From NCBI RefSeq assembly GCF_006345805.1, contig NC_043002.1, positions 24,676,001-24,740,000 of the forward strand: a stretch of DNA of 64,000 bases, in the 5' to 3' direction. A program made the translations under genes and the position numbers. Of the stretch, positions 38,404 to 52,299 are shown in pieces. The stretch is from Octopus sinensis. Taxonomy: Eukaryota. A model generated the notes under the pieces. That model had not been told where the DNA came from. It did not search any database and saw only the letters and a list, made by a program, of their open reading frames with translations. How positions within the stretch are numbered: the stretch's first letter is position 1; every line of letters starts with the position of its first letter.

Positions 38404-40711
38404 CGGGAAGCTTTATATAAACAAAAGACGAAGGCAGGTGGAAAACAAACGAACAATTGTATTAGTATGGCGCTCAGGAAATATAAATAAAACAAGTCTT
38501 TAACGTTTCGAGCCTACGCTCTTCAACAGAAAGATACACAGAGAGAGAAAAACACAGAAAGAAGGAGAGAAAAAAAATGCGTGCAGTAGCTAACGAATCA
38601 ACATGGCGATCTGATTTCGGCCAGAGGTCAAAGATCAAACATGAGACGCGAGAGCGAAATAAGGGGAGATAATAGGGTTGAGGGACCAGCTAAAAGTGCG
38701 TGGGAGGGGTCTGGATGTGTATGTATAGGGTTGGTGTATGTATTAGTATGTATAAGGGTGTGTGTGTGTGTGTGTGTGTATGAGAGAGTATTAGTGCGTG
38801 GGATTGGTCTGGACGTGCGTATGTATGGGTTGGTGTATGTATTAGTATGTATTAGTATGTATTAGTACGTATTGGTATGTATAGGTGTGTGTGTGTGTGT
38901 GTGTGAGAGAGTATAAGTGCGTATGCGGGGTCTGGACGTGTGTATGTATAGGGTTGGTGTAAGTATTAGTATGTACTAGTATGTATTAGTACGTATTAGT
39001 ATGTATTAGTTGGGTGTGTGTATTAGTATGGCACATCATATGTGATGTGATGTGTAAAGTCATGTGGTGTAGTGAGGAGAAGAGGGGGAGGGGAGAAGAG
39101 GGGGAGGGGGAGAAGGGGAGAAGAGGGGGGGAAGAAGAGGGGGAGGGGAGGGTGAGGAGGAGAGGATGGGGAGAAGGAAGGGGAGGAGAGGGATGAAGGA
39201 GGAAAGAGGGAGAGGGGGAGAGAGAAGGGGAGAGAGGGAGTGAGGGAGCAGAGGGAAGAGGAAGAGGGAGGGAGAAAGAGGGAAGGGAAGGGGAGTAGGG
39301 GTGAAAGGATGAAGGACTGAAGAAGTGGGGGTCGGGGGGAGAAAGGATAGGTGAGGAGGGGGAGAGGGGGGTTAGATGAGGAGGGGGGGAGAGTTGAGAC
39401 CAAATGGCGTATAAGAGCGAAGAGAGAAGATTAATTCCTGTTCACGGCGCAAACGGGAATCCGGATGGCCTCTGTGTAAGGACAAACCGAACACAGATAG
39501 GTGTTGCAAGGAGTGACCGGTGGAGCGGAAATGGCGTGAGACCGGTGTGTCGTTCGCAAGGTGGATGTCACGAAGGTGTTCCGCGAACCGGTCAGCCAAG
39601 CGGCGTCCCGTTTGTCGATGTACAAGGAATTGCAGAGAGAGCAAGAGATGCAATAGATAATATTGCTGGAGGTGCAGGTGAAGGAGTGGATGATGGGATA
39701 GGGTCGATGGTGGGTGCTAGTGAGGCGGGTGGTGTTGGAGAGGTAAGGGCAAGTGCGGCAACGTGGGCGGGAGCAGGGGAACGAGCCGGGTTGGGAGGTA
39801 GGGTCAGGGAAGGAGCTATGGACCAAAAGGTCTCGAAGGTTGTGGGCTCGTTTGAAAGAGGGGAGGGGTCGGTTAGGGAAGAGGTGTGAAGTGGACGGGT
39901 CGGACTGGAGATGACGGAAAGCTCGAAGAATGGTGCGTTGGAGACGTAGGGTCGTGGGGTGGTAAGTGAGGGGAAAGGGAGGCGGGAGACTACAGGGCGG
40001 GTTCGGGGAGAGAGAGCAGATACACGGTCCACGGACCGTGCTCTGGCAAGGGCGGTGTGGATAGTGGTGAGGGGGTATCCACGTAGGGTGAAGTGGTGAG
40101 CCATACGTTGAGACTGAGTCTCAAAGTCATGGTCGTCACTACAGAGCCTACGTAGACGGAGGAATTGGGAATAGGGGATGGAAAGCTTGGTGTGTTCTGG
40201 GTGGGAGGAAGAGAAGTTGAGGTATGAGTGTGAGTCTGTGTGTTTGTAGTGAATGGAGGTGGTAAGAGTGGAGTCAAGAATGCTAACCGAAATGTCGAGG
40301 AAGGAGACAGAGGTGTTGGAGATAGTGGAAGTGAAGTGGAGGGCTGGATGGAAAGATTGGACGAAAGAGAGGAAGGAATCTAGATGTTCGCGGGAGAGTG
40401 AGGTGGCACCGATAATGTCGTCAATATAACGACCATATAGTTCAGGAGTGGGACCAGTGAAAGTAGAGAATATTTGGGCCTCAACATAGCCAACGAACAG
40501 GTTCGCATAGTTGGGGCCCATTCGCGTTCCCATGGCCACTCCCGAGACCTGATGGTAGAACTCGCCCGCGAACGAGAAGCAGTTCAGAGTAAGGACAAGT
40601 TCGGCCAGACGAATGAGTGTGGAGGTGTCAGGTACAGGGTTAGAGCGGAGGTCAAGAAAGTGTCGAAGGGCCTGCAGTCCTTCGTGGTGAGGGATAACAG
40701 TATAGAGGCTT
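38401..40711 (-). mobile_element. Penelope-like element #1, 5'-truncated (RT + GIY-YIG, frameshifted) with 3' terminal region
   Basis: GVAMGTRMGPNYANLFVG, RYIDDI, FLDISV, IHYKHTD, IPYSQFLRLRRLCS; CxxxxCxxC linker; IYCISC...YI, RF.EH, REQELI..L...GLN. Confidence 0.95.
38497..38534 (-). ncRNA. minimal type I hammerhead-like motif in the PLE terminus
   Basis: UCUUU-CUGUUGA-A-GAGC(GUAG)GCUC-GAAACGUU-AAAGA; stems I and II perfect, palindromic AACGUU. Confidence 0.65.
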
Positions 40712-40723
40712 TATATATATGTT

Positions 40724-40761
<38 letters not shown>

Positions 40762-40817
40762 TGTATATATATATATATGTTTGTATATATATATATATAT
40801 ATATATATGTTTGTATA
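40712..40817. repeat. (TA)n-TGTTTG satellite block
   Basis: Same unit. Confidence 0.95.
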
Positions 40818-40893
40818 TACTTTGATACTTTGATACTTTGATAGGTTTCGGCCATGTCTAACTTAATAGCACCACCTGGTGAAGTCTTTCAAG

Positions 40894-43800
40894 TCAGAAT
40901 TTGGGCACTATGGCCCACTCAAGTAGAGAGTTATTGTTTACAGAGACATATCCGGGTGTAGGGGGTTTATCCAGGATTTCTTGAAGGAATCTGTCCAAAG
41001 ACTTCTTGAACCCTATAGGGTCAGTTTCTGTTTTAATGTGTTTTGGTGTAATGTTAAAGAGAGCGGGGCCAATTGAGGTGAAATAATTGTGCCGTATTGT
41101 TGTTATGAGATGAGAGTGCGATTTTTGTTTTGGGCGGATGGCACGGGGCCCAAGCCTTGGATGTACCTTAAAGGTGATGCCAACATCATTTGGGCAATGC
41201 TGATGGAATATTTTCCACATCATGCAGATGATGTAGCGCTCACGACGACGTTGGAGAGAATAGAGTTTTAGCTTTTCTAGTCGACCCCAATAGTCGAGGC
41301 CTGTCATGCCATCTATCTTTTTTGTGATTGCCCTTTGAGGTGCTTCAACTTTTATGATACCTTGTATTGTGTGGGGAGACCACAGTGGACAACAGTATTC
41401 AAGGTGGGGTCGGGCAAAAGTGGAGAAGAGAAGGATAATGGTGTGGATATCTCTCGACTGGAAAGTTCTGAGAATCCAGGAACACATTCTGCGGGCCATG
41501 TCAACTTTGGTGTTTATATGAGTGGCCCAGCTTATGTTGTTGTCCACAATTACTCCCAAGTCTCTGATGTTGTTGGACGCCGCGAGAGTTTCACCTGAAG
41601 GAAGGGAGTATGGGAGTTTCAGGGCATCCTCTTTTCCAAAGTGGATTAGCTCAAATTTATCCTCGTTCAGCAGCATATTGTTTTTTTCTGCCCATTGGAT
41701 AACAGCCAGTAGATCTGACTGAAGGCATGTCCGGTCACTCGCCTCATTTATGACCTTCTGTAGCTTGGAGTCATCTGCAAAGATTTTTATGTTGCTGTGC
41801 TTGATGATGTCATTAATGTCATTAATGTAAATGATGAAAAGAAGTGGGCCCAGCACAGTGCCTTGCGGAACGCCACTACTGACTTTGGCTGGGCTTGATT
41901 TTACCCCTTCAACTACAACATGTTGAGATCTGTCTGTCAGGAAACACTTGATCCATTTCAGTAACTTTCCAGAGACACCAATGTTGGATAGTTTTTTCAA
42001 TAGGATCTTGTGATCGACCCTGTCAAAGGCCTTACTGAAATCAAGGTAGATGACATCGGTGTTGGAGCCCTCTCCCAAAGCTCTCAAAATGTCCTCAAAG
42101 TGATGCAGGAGCTGCGTTAGGCAGTCCCTTCCATTACGGAACCCATGTTGGTTGGAGATCAGCCGTCTGTTGCTTTCCAGAAATTGGGTTATTCGAGATC
42201 TCACCACCCTCTCAAATACCTTGATGATATGAGAGGTGAGTGAGATCGGACGGTAATTCACTGCAAGGGACTTGTTTCCCTTTTTGAAAACTGGGACAAC
42301 AGACTGGGACAGAAGGTTTTTTGGAATATAGCCAGCATCCAGTGAGTTTCTCCACAGATTAGCAAGGGGAGATGCAAGTTGGTGTCGACACACCTTCAGG
42401 ACACAAGCAGGGAACCTATCGGGGCCTACTGCTGAATTGTGTTTTATTTCGTTTATCGCCGCTAAGACATCAGGGGCACTAAACGTTATGTCCGATATAG
42501 TGTGTTGGGGGTTGACATCACTGATACAGCCCAGATCGGCCATATCAGGATTGCTGAAAACAGAGCAGTATTGTTTCTGCAGTATCTCGGCCATGGATTT
42601 GGCATTATCTTGGAGAGTGCCAGTTTCGTCAATTAGAGGGCCTACAGTGGAGACAGTGACCCTGCGTTTCCTCGCAAATGAAAAGAACACTTTGGGGTTG
42701 AGTTTGATTTTTTCAATGGCCCACTTCTCCTCAGCTGATCTTTGGTTATTGATGAGGGTCTTCATGCATTGTTGGAGGTTATATTTTTTGGATTCAAGCA
42801 GTGCGATAGCCGTCGAATGTGTGTGTTGCTGTTGGCAGTACTTTAGTTTGTTAATTTTTTGTTTGTTCTTTTTATTTTTCTGATAATGGTTTTTCTGTTT
42901 TGGGGGATTCTGCACTTTTTGTTCACAGGTCTTGGTGGGGAGTGTTTTGCACATATGTCTGTGACGGTGTCTACAAAGATCTGCCAAGATGTTTTATGGT
43001 TGGTGGAGATGTGTGTATGTGTAAAGGACCAGTCAACATGTGATAGCTCGTTCCTGATTGCATCCCAGTTGGCATTATGGAGATCCATGTTGTCAAATGG
43101 GTGGGCTGGAGGAAGGTCACTAGGATTAGCTTTCGGCTGGTGGAATTTCATGTTACAGAGAACCATGTCATGGTCTGAAAGAAGGGTTTTTTCCACTGTA
43201 ACGTTATGTATAGTGTTAGTGTGGTTACTAAACACTAGGTCCAAAATGTTCTGATGTCTTGTTGGTGCAAGGACAAGTTGGGACAAGAAAAACTCATTCG
43301 TAAAGTCGAAAAGTGACTCTGCTGCTTCTTTGTCAGCGGTTGAGGCGGGAGTGCTTGGTTTCAAACAGTTTGTAGTCCAGTCAACACAGGGTAGATTGAA
43401 GTCTCCCATCATGAGTATGTTGCTAGAATGGCACTGTTGAATAAAGCACTTAATGCTGTTGAGGCATTCTTTAAAGCACAGTATGGGTGTTTGGGGCGGC
43501 CTATAGAGCCCAATTACTGTCAGGTCATTGGCTTTGTTGTGCACGGTGACTGATTCACAGTAGCCGTTGGAGAATATACTATTTCCATCTGCCGTAAATG
43601 AATCATGCAGGAAAATGGCAGTTCCACCCTTCCTCCTGCCAATACGATCCGCGCGGATGGTTGTGAAATTCTTCACTCTCACTTCGGCTTCCAAGTGGGA
43701 GTTGTCAAGGTGGGTCTCAGTGAGAATGAAGAAAGGGATGTGGTGTGAATGGTTACCAACCCAGTCTTCAATGAATTGGACCTTCCATTTTTGTGCATTG

Positions 43801-43928
43801 ATGGAAGGGCTGACACCTTGTGCATTGAGTAGGAATGTGGAGGTTAGTGTAGTGGCTGGTTTTGACTGTTGCAGGGGGCTTGGATTTTTTGTGTGTGTTA
43901 GTGGCAGCAATGTGGGGAATTGGTGCAC
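40894..43928 (-). pseudogene. LINE #2 ORF2 (APE + RT), one frameshift at the A-run 42855-42860
   Basis: LLNAQG, LTETHL, LYRPP, MGDFNLP, LDLVF; YRPISLTS, QHGFR, YLDFSKAFD, GVPQGTVLGPLLF, IFADD, DLGV. Confidence 0.93.
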
Positions 43929-45118
43929 TGGGGTAATAGCATAGGATGGTGTTGAGTGATGGCTAGAATGTTTTTGTGTATCTCTTTTGCCATGTTCAAC
44001 ATGGCTAAAAAAGAATTTTCCTGCTTAGGGAGCAGTTTTTGGCTGGAGGTGTGGTTGCACTGTTGGATAGGGTTGTAGTTTCCACTTTTGTTGTTGTTGT
44101 TTTTGTGTCTTCCTGAAAAGACTGGACCAGCATTACTGCAGCATGGTGTGTTTCTATTTTTATTGTTATTCAGGTTTGTGTGTTGGCTTGAAGCCCCGTT
44201 TCTGTTTGTGCGTCGGGTCCCTGGAAGATGAGTGAAGGGACAGTCACTCAGTAGACATGTTCTCTCACGTTGGGAATACCGGCAGATTTTGGGACTCCGA
44301 GTTGTGTGTGTTTTGAATTTCGATTTACTATTTGGTGGTGTTGATGTTATTGTGGGATGCGTGCTTTGGCCTTGGCCGGTAGTGCGTCTAGTGCCGGGTA
44401 GATGCGTGAAGATGCAGTCACTATTTGTGCAGAGTCTCTGGCGCAGTGAATAGCGGCATATTTGGGGATTTCTTGTTTGTGCCGTGGGGGGCGCATTCTG
44501 CTTCCTATGTTTCTTTAAGTTTTTGTTACTGCAGTAGTATTGAGGTGGTGATGTGGGGGAAGAGGGCAGTGGTTTCTTATTTGGTTTTATGTTGGTATTT
44601 TTGGTGATAGAAGACGATGGTGGCAGCGGTGGTGACGATGATGATGATAATTGTGGTGGTTGCTGTGAGAGCGGTGAAAAGATACTGGCATTTAGTGAAT
44701 CATCTAGTAAGCTAGAGTTGAGGAGTGGCTATTGTTGTTCTTGTTGCTGTGGCTGTTGTTGTTGTTGTTGTGCTTGACCGATGTTAGGGTCAGCCATTGT
44801 GCTGGGAACCAGGAGTGGCTCATTCTGTTGTTGTGGCTGCTGATTTTCTAGCTGTTGTTGTTCTTGAACTGTGAAAATATGAAGAAGCTTTTCATAATGG
44901 CCTTTTATCAGTTTGAAAGATACTTCGATATGTTTCAGCTTGCTACGAATCTGTTTGACGGATCGTGTGTTGACCACTTGCGATGTTTTTTCGGCAATCT
45001 CATTCAAACACAAGACATTTAGATTTTCTGTTTGGGAAAGAGAGAACCATGTGTTTATTAAAACATCAATTTCGTTATCAGACCAATTTCGTCTGTTGCA
45101 GGCCTGCAAGTTAGTCAT
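43898..45118 (-). pseudogene. LINE #2 ORF1 (407 codons, single in-frame TAG at 44731-44729): Myb/SANT-like domain, polyQ, two CCCH fingers
   Basis: Manual translation through the TAG stays open to TAA 43900-43898; NWSDNEIDVLINTW...RSVKQIRSKLKHI; ICRYSLRQRLCTNSDCIFTH and ICRYSQRERTCLLSDCPFTH. Confidence 0.8.
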
Positions 45119-45442
45119 GTTTGTTTTTCTTTTGTTTGTTTTCCTTTTGATTTTTGAAAATATATATATTCTTTCTTGGGAGTTAAAGAAGTGTATATAT
45201 ATATAAATGTTCTCTCTTAAGGGTGTGAGTTTTTGATTATTTGGTTGTTTGAGGATATTAAAAGAAAAACAGGTGTATATAACAATTTGTAGTTAAATGA
45301 AAACGTACTTACGGGTTTGTAGGCAAACACGTGGTTACAAATATATATATATTTAAGGTCAGTTAGTTTTGAAGCTGTGTAGCTTGCTACTGACTTGGGA
45401 GAGAAACAAATAGACGTCCGTCCACTTCAACAGTTAATCCAC

Positions 45443-46840
<1,398 letters not shown>

Positions 46841-48670
46841 TGAAAAAAACAAAGTCAAAAATAGAAAATGCTAAGATGATTTTATAGTGAATCTTTCAGT
46901 ACCGGTTTCGGTCATTTTGAGACCTTTTCAACTGTAACGATTAAATAATTAAATTTAGAAAAATTAGAAGAAAAGTTTTTTTAAAAGAATATTTCTGTAG
47001 TAGTGTTCAGATATAAGTAGCATTCTGCCTTTCTCTGACTCCCTTGTTTGCACTTGTGTGTTCGAGGTCGTTTTGAGTTCTTGGTAGGATAGGTGAAGAA
47101 TAATGAGGCTGATGTGGAGAGGGGGTGGGGAAATCTGGGAATGCCTTAATGGTCGTATTTTGAATGGTCAGTGGCTGACAGTAGTCGCAGTTCAATTCAG
47201 GAATTGTTTATGGAATTTGCGTAGGCGTTATACTGAAAGACATTAGTGACAAGGTTAAGGGGTGGAAGGTGGAGAAGTAGAAGAAGAAGAAGATGACGAT
47301 GTTGATGATGATGAAGAAGAAGGAGAAGGAGAAGATGGTGGTGATGATGGTGGTGATGATGATGACGACGATGATGATGATAATGATGATGATGAAGAAG
47401 AAGAGGAAGAAGAAGAAGAAGAAAAAAACAGAGAAGGGAGAATATGAATGGGTGTAAGTTAGCTGTGATGGGGCTGATTAGTAATGGATTCTGTGGAGTG
47501 TAATATTTGTGTGTGTATATATTTCTTTTATTCTAAATTTGAGGTATATTAATTGTTTGTCGTAGACCCGTTAAGAAGTGGCTTGTATTTTGTAATAAAG
47601 AGATTTTCTTTACTTATTCGTTGTCTCGAGGTTGTATCGTCCCTAAATTGGTAGAGGGGGAAAATTCTGAAGTTTGGTGTTTTTTTGTTGGCGCAAGTAT
47701 CTATGTGTTGGCTAAAAGCTATTTTTCTGTTTTGGGGAATTTTTATCTGGGATCTGTGCAGGGCCATTCGTTTACGCAAACCATTTTTTGTTTGGCCTAT
47801 GTACTGCTCTTGACACCCGGAGCAGGTTAGTGAGTATATTAGGTTCTCCGAAGCACATGTGAAGTTGCTTTTCACTGTAAACCGTTGTCCCTGTTTGAAG
47901 GAGAACTCTGATCCCTCAATTAGATAGTCGCATATCCCGCAATTGGGTCTTCCACATTTTTTTACTGTCGGCTTCTGTGTTGAAGAGTGAATTCGGGCTT
48001 GTGTAAGGAGACTTTTCATGGATCTAGGCTGTCTTTTGCTTTTTATGATCGTGTGTGTTTGGAGGACTGTGTTCATTCTGTGGTCTTTTTTTAGGAGGGG
48101 TATGTTGTGGAGGATGGTGTTGAAGGCTTCGTTATTGAGAGGGTTGTGTGTGGAGATGTATGGTAAGGCTTTTGGTTGTAAGTTTTTCTTTGATTTGGGA
48201 TGTCTCAGTTCCTTGATGTTAAGTTGAAGGGCATGTTGAATGCACTTGTCAATAAGTGAAGGTGGATAGTTCCTGGTGATAAGGGTATCTTTTAGTTCTT
48301 GTAGTCGTGTGTCTCTGGTGTTTGCATTAGAGACTATAGTGCATATCCTTTTTGCTAGATTGAAGGGGATATTCATCCTGGTGTGTCTGGGGTGGCATGA
48401 ATTGAATGGAAGATATTGCTTAGAGTCTGTAGGTTTATAGTATATGTCTGTTTCTATTATATTATTAGCTTTCTTAATGAGGATATCGAGGAAGGGGAGT
48501 TGTTGTTGGCTATATTCCATCGTGAATTGGATGTTTACGTCCAGTCCGTTTAAAATTTTCTGGAATTCTATGAGTTTTTCTATATTTTTATGCCAAAGGA
48601 TGAAACAGTCATCTAGATATCTCTTCCAGTTGTTTTCTATGTAGATGGAGAAAGGGCTGCCATATCTTTC
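46841..48670 (-). mobile_element. Penelope-like element #2, 5'-truncated (RT C-terminal part + GIY-YIG, open frame)
   Basis: WKRYLDDCF, LPFLDI, IYYKPTD, HPRH...IPF, CGRPNCGIC, LIYSLTC...YIGQT...R...H, KENLFITKYKPLLN. Confidence 0.95.
46897..46934 (-). ncRNA. minimal type I hammerhead-like motif, U3/A8 variant
   Basis: CAG-UUGAAAA-GGUC(UCAAAAU)GACC-GAAACCGGUA-CUG; palindromic ACCGGU, GUA triplet. Confidence 0.6.
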
Positions 48671-48830
48671 TAGGGAACCTGTGGAAGAGGTAGACCTGGG
48701 ATGAGGTGGTGAAGCATGACCTTCGAACATTAGGCCTCACTGAGACAATGACTAGTGACTGGGACCTTTGGAAATATGCTGTGCTTGAGAAGACCCGGCA
48801 AGCCAATTGAGACCATAACCTTTAGTTCCT
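48671..48830 (+). mobile_element. RTE 3' fragment
   Basis: Matches 34715-34870 (GGAACCTGTGGAAGAGG...GACCTTCGAAC...GAAGACCCGGCA). Confidence 0.85.
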
Positions 48831-50636
48831 CACAGGACTGTAGTAGGAGACACTTGCCCTGGGTGTTGTATAATGAGACTGAACCTAAGTCTTCATGGTT
48901 GGGAAGCTGACTTCTTAACTATACAAGCATGCCTATAATAATATGCAAATACTAAATCTTTGAAATAGTTATAAATTTAGTGATAAAAGAAAAAAAATTA
49001 ATATGATACAAACATAAAGGAGAGATTAGAAAGATCCATCAAACATTGATTTTGATGAATTTACTTACAAGTTGGTTGAAATCATAAATCTTTCTATAAA
49101 TTCCAATCCAATAATTTCATATATATCCGCCCCATTTGATGTGTTATGAAACACTTGTTAGAGAATCAAATAAATAAGTCAAACAACAGAAATTAAGAAA
49201 TAGTCAATGTTACTTTATTTCATGACAGAAAATATTACAAATGGACCCTTGTAAGGAGGTTTTGAAATGTTTTTTAAAATCTTTTTTCTCTCTTAGTGTT
49301 TGTTACATTATGCCTTCATTCGTTTTTAAAAATATAGCATTTAATTTATGGAACAATAAATTATAAAATTATATGGTTGGGTCACACTAAAATGCAAATC
49401 GGTAAAACGGTTCAATATAAAAAAAAAATGAAAAATGTTGAGAAGGGTGTAATCATCAATAAAGCTTGCAATGTTGTTTAAGCTAAAAACACATATACTA
49501 TAGCATAAACAAATATTTTGAAACGAATATTAAGCAGTATTTACCAAGCATTCATATAAAAAAATATTATAAATCCACTTAAATCAACATTCCTGATTGT
49601 CGTGAAATTTAAATTTACCTTTTTTTAATTGCAAATTCAATATTTTGATGAGAACATATGGCTGTCACTTAAAAACCTTGTGGGGTTTGCTATATTTTGA
49701 TTCATTTTTTTCACTGAAGTAAATGGATTTTTGGCCTCACTGATCACTTTAGTTGTATAAAAAAAAGGTAGACAACTGTGTGAAGATTAAAAATACAAGA
49801 TCATATGCACGTACAGTGATAGTAAATCAAAACTGAATTCATTTACACGAGTTTCTTCTTTCTTAATATCATATTCAGATTCATTTTAATAAATTTATAA
49901 AGATCAATTCTTTGGTAATTAAAGGCTTAATGAACAATAAAATTAAACAACTGTCAGTTGCATTTTAAACCTTGATCTGTCTTGTTTACACTACACTGTC
50001 TTTCAACAACTTTTGTAGCTAATCATTTGAGGCCTTTTTAATTTCTCACTCTCCAATGTATTTTATTTAGCTGTGTAGCAGTTGACAGTGCATCTCATTT
50101 AGTTATGTAGCAGTTTCTAGAATGGTGCCAATATGTAATGATTATCGTTAACATGATTAATGAGCCTCTACTGCAAATTCAAAGATAGTAGAGTTTTATA
50201 AATTCACCCCTTTGACATGCTATCAAACAATAGTCGAAGAATCCAATAAATAAGAAATAGCAGCCAAGTAACCCCTACCAGTTAAAAAAATGAAGGACAC
50301 GTAAGATAAACCTGAATTCACTATGTCTAAAAAAATGATAAAAATTGGATTGTCACAGCTGGAATACTTGAAGTCAGCCAAAACACTGCTGATCCAGGGT
50401 TAAACAGAACAGCCCAATTGATTCAATAAATTATATAGTATTATGTTAGGCTTTCAGCACCTCAGCCACCATCTCTAAGGAATTCACAAGATTCTCTACC
50501 TTCAATCTGATTGACCATAAATTTTACCAACAAACCCAGCTGCACCTGACTCATTGTTACATCTACATTCCTCAAACAACCACTTTTTGTAGGAACACTA
50601 TGGTTATTTTTTCATAGTTACAGTAATGTGTAGGTA

Positions 50637-51345
50637 CAGTCATGGCCAATGATTTTGGCAAACACTGTTTTTTTTGCTACTTCATGTGAAATATGTGAAT
50701 GTTAATGATTCAATATTATTTAACAGGTTATCTATTATCCAATAAGATTTGAAAGAAAAACTGTTGAAAAACTAATAAATTCTGCAAATAGTCATCAGTT
50801 TGCGGAACTGGTTATATTTCCTACAAGTGGAAATCATATTCCTCTTCATAATTTCAAATTGGAATCACATACAAACTAATACTTAATAACCAGAACAGTA
50901 AGTAAAGTATAATGTCATAACACCATGAGCCTTTTATGACTGAATTTTAATTAATGAGTGCTCTTTTCCTCACAAAAACTTCAAATTTTATTTTCTGTTA
51001 TTGCAAGGATGGTATTGACACAGGGAAAATGTCAGTCAATAATTTCTTTCCACCAAAATGGCCTAACAACACAGGATATTGTTACTAAAGGCATTGCACC
51101 TGAAAGAATTGTGTACAGGATTATAAATCCTTTCAAAGAGACAGGATCCTTGACGGTGAAAAAGACCCCTGGTTGTCAATGCCTGTCCTCTGACTGCCAA
51201 GACAGGACTTTCGTGAGAAATTCATTGACGGATCAAAGTGCCAGCAGCAAACAGCTTGCTAAAGTGTGGGAATCAGCTGGTGTCAGGGCTTCAGCTTGGA
51301 CTGTTAGACAACAACTTCTTGACAATGGTCTCGCCAGTATTGTGT
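50637..51345 (+). mobile_element. Tc1-like transposon, 5' part
   Basis: TA+CAGTCATGGCCAA start; HTH remnant (IVYRIINPFKETGS..KK.PG...DR..VR...W..AGV..S..TVR..L...GL). Confidence 0.75.
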
Positions 51346-52299
51346 CAAAATGTGTAACTTGGTGATTTGTCAAATGCAGATCAATAAAGTAACAAAGTGA
51401 AAAAAGTACAGGGGTTGATATGATTGATAGAAATCCTCAAAGGTAATGCCCTATCATGGTCATAATCCAGTCACTGTATCCAGTAAGAGAGTATAGACTT
51501 TACAGCGCGAAAGGTAAACAATTGTAATTTTATTCTATTATATAATCACAGCAAAGGAAATTAATTTGTTATAAGAGGAAGCAGTAGTGTCTTTTGTACT
51601 AAAGAAGAAAAGAAATGAAGAGGGAACACAATTTCTAGAGTGCTGTGAAGCAAATAAAATGATTCAATACCAGTAACTTCAGATAGAGTCAAACAACTAG
51701 TCAGTTGTCAGGTGGTTTCATAGCAAAATTCATTTTGTTCTTCTTGGCTTTGAGATCTGATCCACACACCATTCCTCACAAACAGGTTCATCATTAGTAA
51801 AATGCTAGCTGCAAGTTATGAGGATTGTAAGAAGACAACAACTAAGTGAAAGCCTGTTTGTGAATACTGGCAATATCTGTGAAGGTCAGCTTCCATATAT
51901 ATTATTGAAACAATAGATATTCCAATAGAGACAGAGATAGAAAACTTCTACGACATAAATGGAAAAACTAATGCAAGCCACTGACCACTTCTATGGTGGC
52001 AATAACATAGAGATAGAATAGTGTTTACAAAAAGCTATAGAAAGGTAATAGCAGGAGTAGCAAGGGGAAAATAAATGAACAGTAAACGTCAGACATATAA
52101 ACCTATATAGTGTGAGAGAAACATCAGATATCTAAAACTGGTAGGGGATGTGTCCAGAATGAAGGGGTACAAGGTACCCCATTCTATCATCCACTTATGA
52201 TGCTGCCATGATAAAATGCACTCAGTAACCATTGGTAAACAAAACAATTGAGGACAGCATGGCAAGGACCCTAGCTTTACTAAGGACATGACAACTCCT

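Larger units (their letters stand above)
40818..45440 (-). mobile_element. CR1/L2-like LINE #2, apparently full length, (TATCAAAG)n tail
   Basis: Tail repeats at 40818-40843; ORF2 and ORF1 as listed separately; AT-rich 5' UTR; 5' boundary approximate. Confidence 0.93.
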
